A model generated the notes under the pieces. It worked only from the letters and a program-made list of their open reading frames with translations. It was not told the origin of the DNA and did not search any database. From Deltaproteobacteria bacterium (lineage in GTDB: Bacteria > Myxococcota_A > Polyangia > Fen-1088), in NCBI GenBank assembly GCA_033763315.1, contig JANRKS010000008.1, positions 1-64,000 on the forward strand: a DNA stretch of 64,000 bases, given 5' to 3'. The position numbers and the translations under genes are program-made. Below, one piece after another: positions 60,201 through 64,000 of the stretch (positions are counted from its first letter, which is position 1; every line of letters begins with the position of its first letter).

Positions 60201-63200
60201 GCGGCCCGGGCGGCACCGCAGTTGCGTTGCCGACGTGGCAGCCCCCGCCACCTCAAGACGTCGTAACCGCGCCTGCCATCGTTGCCCCCACCTCATTGTT
60301 GTCGCCTCCGCGCGGCCCTGCATTTTCACGCGCAGAACTCGAAGTCCACGCTTCGGGGCGCATCAGTGATCTATTCGGCGAAGGTTTCGCCGGCCAAGAT
60401 CAATACGCCATCCAAGTGCGCATGCCCGAGCCCCCGTTGTTGCTGGCGGATCGCGTGGTGGGCATCGACGCTGTGCCCGGCAGCATGGGGCTTGGCACCG
60501 TGTGGACGGAAACGGACGTTCGCGAAGACAGCTGGTTTTTGAACCGAGGCTTTATGCCTGCGGGCATCATGATCGAGGCAGGCCAGGCGGATCTGTTCTT
60601 GATCTCGTATCTGGGCATCGACGCGCACAACAAAGGCGAACGCGCTTACCGCCTGTTGGGTTGCGAGCTCACATACCACGGCGGCCTGCCAAAGCCGGGC
60701 GATACCTTGCGGTATGAAATCCACGTCGACGCGCATGCACGTCAGGGCGACGTGCGGCTGTTCTTCTTTCACTACGATTGTGTGGTGGGTGATCGCCGCG
60801 CCCTCACCGTTCGTCAGGGCCAAGCGGGCTTCTTCAGCAAAGACGAACTTGATCATTCAGCCGGCGTGCTATGGCGCCCGGAGACGCAAGATATTGTCGC
60901 GTCGCCGCGCTTGGATCCACCCGCGGTCAATTGCACGCACAGCGCCTTCACAGCAGAGCAGATGCGTGCCTTCGCTGCAGGCGATGCGTTTGCGTGCTTT
61001 GGCTCCGGTTACGAACTGGCCCAAACACACACGCGATCGCCAGCGGTTCAACAAGGCGAGATGCTGTTGGTGGATCACATCGCCGCGTTCGAGCCCACCG
61101 GCGGCCCTTGGGGTCGCGGCTATCTCAAAGCCGTTACGCCGATCTCGGCCAATGATTGGTTCTTCAAAGGCCACTTCAAAAACGATCCGTGCATGCCTGG
61201 CACTTTAATGTACGAAGGCTGCTTGCAGGCGATGGCCTTTTACCTCGCGGCCTTGGGATACACGTTGGATCGGGACGGCTGGCGCTTTGAGCCCGTGCCC
61301 GAAGAAACGTTCAAGCTTCAATGCCGCGGGCAAGTGCTGCCAAGCTCCAAAGAGCTGGTGTGCGAATTGTTCGTGGAAGAAGTGATCGAAGGACCCACGC
61401 CCACCCTTTACGCGGATCTTCTGGGCACCGTGGATGGCCTCAAGGCGTTTCACGCGCGCCGCGTGGGTTTGCGCTTGGTGCCCGATTGGCCGTTGTCGAG
61501 CTGCAAGCTCGCGCCTGTGCCCCATACAAAACCCGTGGCCGAGGCGAACGGCTTCGCGTTTGATTATGCATCGCTGCTGGCGTGCGCGTGGGGCCGCCCT
61601 TCAGCTGCCTTTGGACCGATGTACAGCGTGTTCGACGGCATTCGCCGCGTGGCGCGTTTGCCGGGACCGCCCTATCACTTCATGAGCCGCGTGTCGCGCA
61701 TTGAGGGTGACATCGGCGTGTGCCAACCGGGGGCCACAATTGAAATCGAATACGATGTGCCACAGCACGCATGGTATTTCGAGCAGAACGGCGCACGCAC
61801 GATGCCGTTTTGCGTGTTGCTTGAAGCTGTCTTGCAACCATGCGGTTGGTTGGCCAGTTTTGTGGGCAGCGCACTTTTAGGCTCTGAAGATCTCAGCTTC
61901 CGCAATTTGGATGGCAGTGGGCAAGTGCTGGCAGAGGTTTTCCCCTCGTCGGGCACCTTACGAACCGTGACCACCATCAAGACCGTGTCGCGCTCGGGCG
62001 GTATGATCTTGGAAACCTTCGAGGTGCAGTGCTTCATCGGTGATACGCCGATCTACAAACTGCACACAGGCTTCGGCTTTTTTCCAAAAGCGGCGCTTGC
62101 CAACCAAGTGGGCCTCCCCACCACGCCCGTGCAGCGGGCGCAACTGGAAGCACCGGCGCCTTACTTTGTGGATCTTACGCAAAACCCCGCGCGCTTTTGC
62201 GACGGTTCACTGCGGCTGGCCGGCCCGATGTTGCTGATGATCGACCGTGTAACGGCCTATGATGCCAAAGGTGGTGCGGCGGGCATGGGCTTTGCGCGCG
62301 CCGAGAAAACCATCGATCCGTCAGAGTGGTTTTTCAAAGCCCACTTCTTCCAAGATCCGGTGCAACCGGGTTCGCTTGGCATCGAAGCGATGCTGCAGCT
62401 GCTTCAATTCACGATGATCGAGGACAACCTCGGCCACGGCATGCGGCAGCCGCGGTTCGTGCCGCTGGCGCTCGGCCACGACATGACGTGGAAATACCGC
62501 GGCCAAGTTGTGCCGACGAATAAGATCGTCACCACCACACTCGAGATCACCAAACGCACAGAGGACGAGCACGGCCGCCCGCTTGTGTTCGCCGAGGCTT
62601 CGCTGTGGGTGGATGGCAAGCGCATCTATCATGCCACCAGCCTGGGCATGAGCATTGTGGATGATGCGCCCACAGCGCTCCTTGCCGCTGAAACGAATGC
62701 CAGCACCGAGGTGTGGCAGGTGCAAACGCCGCAAGAGTTCTTGCCGCGCACGCGGGCGTTCTGGGGCCACCACTTAGGCACCCTGCCCGCCGCCGTTGAC
62801 GACATCTTCACAGCGCTTGTGCAACGCTTCGTTCATCGCTTGCACATAAAGGGCAGCGACACGCTGGCCACCTTGGCGCAAGCGCCGCATGGGGTGCTGT
62901 TCCTGGGCAACCACCAAACCACGGTGGAATCCACGCTGTTCGCGATCGTGGCCTCGGCTTTGGTGGGCTCACCCATTTTGACGTTGGCCAAAGCCGAGAA
63001 CGCCACGTTCTGGCTTGAGCTGCTGATGCAACATACGTTTGCTTATCCGGGCCTCGCGCGGTTGCCGATGGCCAAGCTGTTCAACCGCAGCGACAGCGCT
63101 TCGTTGCCAGGCATCATCGCCGAGATGGCCGAGGAAATGGTGAACACACGGCGAAGCATGATGGTGCATGTGGAAGGAACACGAGCCTTGCAAGCACGAT

Positions 63201-63715
63201 TGCCCGTGCGCGCGCTTAGCGGCACGTTCATCGATATGGCCCTCGGAGTGGGGTGCCCCGTGGTGCCCGTGCGCTTCGCTGGTGGGTTGCCACTTGAGTC
63301 ACTGACCGAGCGGCTTGAGTTCCCAATCGGTATGGGCCGCCACGAGATCTACATTGGTGAGCCGCTGCTGCCCGAGGTGCTGCGGCCTTTGCACTATGGG
63401 GCCCGCCGCCAACGCGTGTTGGACGCGCTCAATGCCTTGGGTCCACCGCTGCACGAAGAAGTGCCGCTGCCTGCCGAACCAGACTTTGAACGCACCGTTA
63501 CCGCTTTGGCCGAAGCCAACGGCACAAACGTGGGCCACGCGGTGTTCTTGCATCTGTTGCAATCACTGCAGCAGCCGTGCGCCGAGCTGCGGTCCTTGTG
63601 CAACGCCTCGCCCGGCATGAACCTCACGCTGCCACAATCGCCACAGGGCCGCTGGTTGGCCGAACTCGCGCGTCGCTTGTGGGGCCGCAACGCGCCTCAT
63701 TTGCACCTAAGTTAA
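57278..63715 (+). CDS. pfa3: PUFA synthase subunit Pfa3 (KS-CLF-FabA-like DH domains-AGPAT), no AT domain seen
   Basis: KS DAACASS/HATGT/GHL; CLF SSEELSG; DH GHFKNDPCMPG and AHFFQDPVQPG; acyltransferase NHQTTVES...VHVEGTR...PVVPV. Confidence 0.92.
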   Translation: MSASSFCPIAIVGRACVLPNALSPQALWDLVVRNTVATSRAPAGRWGIDSTLMLAGPGEATGDRALNDVGGYVHGFERVFNPHGFVLPGDFIAGLDPVFQWLLHTGREALRDAKWAGKRSRVGVAVGNLSYPSQALSRFAERVWLEGQPDPRTGSNHTTTGLMDVLGLPQIDPHNRFMSGLPAHLLAQALDLGAGAFALDAACASSLYAIKVACDALADGRADLMLAGAVNCADDLFIHAGFTALSALSPSGRTRPFHAEADGLVPAEGAAMVALMRLTDAQAQGAPILGVIRGIGLSNDGRGRGLLVPSQPGQVRALKAAYAGAGLSPDDVGYVECHATGTSVGDAVELGTLHEVFGARRHNLVVGSLKANLGHLITAAGAAGLIKVLSAFEAKAKPPMPSPDKPSGALQKLRTLQQAIPWLDEGRPRLAAVSAFGFGGNNAHLVVEEAPRAGAPLSRAVPAALPKRERIAIVALGARVADGTNVADFAEALFTGTSRLNHGVAAAYEVAVSLQGLRFPPNDLQETLPQQLLVLAAAREAVEQVAALPSQTTGVFVGMQCDAEIARHGARWHAAAWGQTLEAPSGWVDKARDAFVPLLGAAGVLGAMPNIPANRLSSQLDLQGPSFTVSSEELSGVRALALAERALQAGEIDAALVAAVDLCAEPVHMAAAKVLSAKRRTGGDAAIVMVCKRESDAVADGDRIVAFVQTQIAAPFSDEDDAREPDEADLLMGDGQGATSLHTLFGHPHAAVGLLHVAAASLCCEHGHLPGVEGDRLQAPRVWRSSSKPRVASVFVTALGEQACSVQITSANSSELPLSEVMRKLRAGAYQPAPPVLAFPAHRPRPRLPQLLEPQTILAPVQKPQLQDAFAPTAASAESHVTTVMPLPPWLPPAGDLIVGELNTTPAQAPRFAPFAQIPAVSAPAVRPRSPAPSSQALAYRNHVAQLHQSFIATATATHTQFLELRQKAFAVLLRGPGGTAVALPTWQPPPPQDVVTAPAIVAPTSLLSPPRGPAFSRAELEVHASGRISDLFGEGFAGQDQYAIQVRMPEPPLLLADRVVGIDAVPGSMGLGTVWTETDVREDSWFLNRGFMPAGIMIEAGQADLFLISYLGIDAHNKGERAYRLLGCELTYHGGLPKPGDTLRYEIHVDAHARQGDVRLFFFHYDCVVGDRRALTVRQGQAGFFSKDELDHSAGVLWRPETQDIVASPRLDPPAVNCTHSAFTAEQMRAFAAGDAFACFGSGYELAQTHTRSPAVQQGEMLLVDHIAAFEPTGGPWGRGYLKAVTPISANDWFFKGHFKNDPCMPGTLMYEGCLQAMAFYLAALGYTLDRDGWRFEPVPEETFKLQCRGQVLPSSKELVCELFVEEVIEGPTPTLYADLLGTVDGLKAFHARRVGLRLVPDWPLSSCKLAPVPHTKPVAEANGFAFDYASLLACAWGRPSAAFGPMYSVFDGIRRVARLPGPPYHFMSRVSRIEGDIGVCQPGATIEIEYDVPQHAWYFEQNGARTMPFCVLLEAVLQPCGWLASFVGSALLGSEDLSFRNLDGSGQVLAEVFPSSGTLRTVTTIKTVSRSGGMILETFEVQCFIGDTPIYKLHTGFGFFPKAALANQVGLPTTPVQRAQLEAPAPYFVDLTQNPARFCDGSLRLAGPMLLMIDRVTAYDAKGGAAGMGFARAEKTIDPSEWFFKAHFFQDPVQPGSLGIEAMLQLLQFTMIEDNLGHGMRQPRFVPLALGHDMTWKYRGQVVPTNKIVTTTLEITKRTEDEHGRPLVFAEASLWVDGKRIYHATSLGMSIVDDAPTALLAAETNASTEVWQVQTPQEFLPRTRAFWGHHLGTLPAAVDDIFTALVQRFVHRLHIKGSDTLATLAQAPHGVLFLGNHQTTVESTLFAIVASALVGSPILTLAKAENATFWLELLMQHTFAYPGLARLPMAKLFNRSDSASLPGIIAEMAEEMVNTRRSMMVHVEGTRALQARLPVRALSGTFIDMALGVGCPVVPVRFAGGLPLESLTERLEFPIGMGRHEIYIGEPLLPEVLRPLHYGARRQRVLDALNALGPPLHEEVPLPAEPDFERTVTALAEANGTNVGHAVFLHLLQSLQQPCAELRSLCNASPGMNLTLPQSPQGRWLAELARRLWGRNAPHLHLS

Positions 63716-63999
63716 CGGGCCGCAGGCGCCATCGTCAGCAGATCCGCCAGCCTCGTCAACGCATCGAACGCGGTTTGCTCCCGCGTAAAGCGAGGCATCA
63801 CCCACAGCGGCGCTTGGCCTTTGAAGTGTTCCCGCAAGCTGCCAGCCAAGGCCGCGTCGCGTTCCACCGCGTGGCTCTCACCTTGGGCCAGCACGCTCAG
63901 TTTCGCCAAGGCGTTGTGCGCTTGCGACGACGCGTCGGCAGCCAGCAAGGTCTCGTCTGGGAACGGCAGCGCCGCCGCTTGCGCGAGACTTTGGTTGAG
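63712..63999 (-). CDS. C-terminus of a probable ArsA-related P-loop ATPase (truncated by window edge)
   Basis: Frame open to the edge. LNQS...WVMPRFTREQTAFDALTRLADLL resembles ArsA-like C-termini. Confidence 0.5.
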   Translation of the reverse strand, partial: LNQSLAQAAALPFPDETLLAADASSQAHNALAKLSVLAQGESHAVERDAALAGSLREHFKGQAPLWVMPRFTREQTAFDALTRLADLLTMAPAAR

Positions 64000-64000
64000 C

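Overview
GC-rich bacterial chromosomal segment, very probably Myxococcota (eukaryote-like Ser/Thr kinases, FHA-sigma54 activators, DUF1592/DUF1552 pairs, myxobacterial-type pfa genes). It is densely coding (about 45 CDS). I found no rRNA, tRNA, CRISPR or mobile element. Contents: DEAD-box helicase, a two-component pair, a GNAT-nitrilase fusion, two kinase/TPR/FHA-sigma54-activator/lipoprotein modules, a fasciclin, a peroxiredoxin, two DUF1592-DUF1552 pairs, desaturase-folC-accD, a nitrate-family ABC transporter, FadF, a vanadium haloperoxidase, GH106 and a split PUFA synthase cluster (pfaD about 10 kb from pfa2-pfa3). Best leads: (1) a complete candidate -1 ribosomal frameshift cassette in pfa2, right after its single ACP (internal SD, C_CCU_UUA, 10-bp hairpin, immediate stop); (2) two parallel trans-envelope signalling modules, each next to a sigma54 promoter with its own tandem 20-bp palindrome at an identical 53-nt offset, one containing a catalytically dead GH16 as putative sensor; (3) pervasive leaderless-type gene starts. 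All family calls come from reading motifs by eye, not from database searches.
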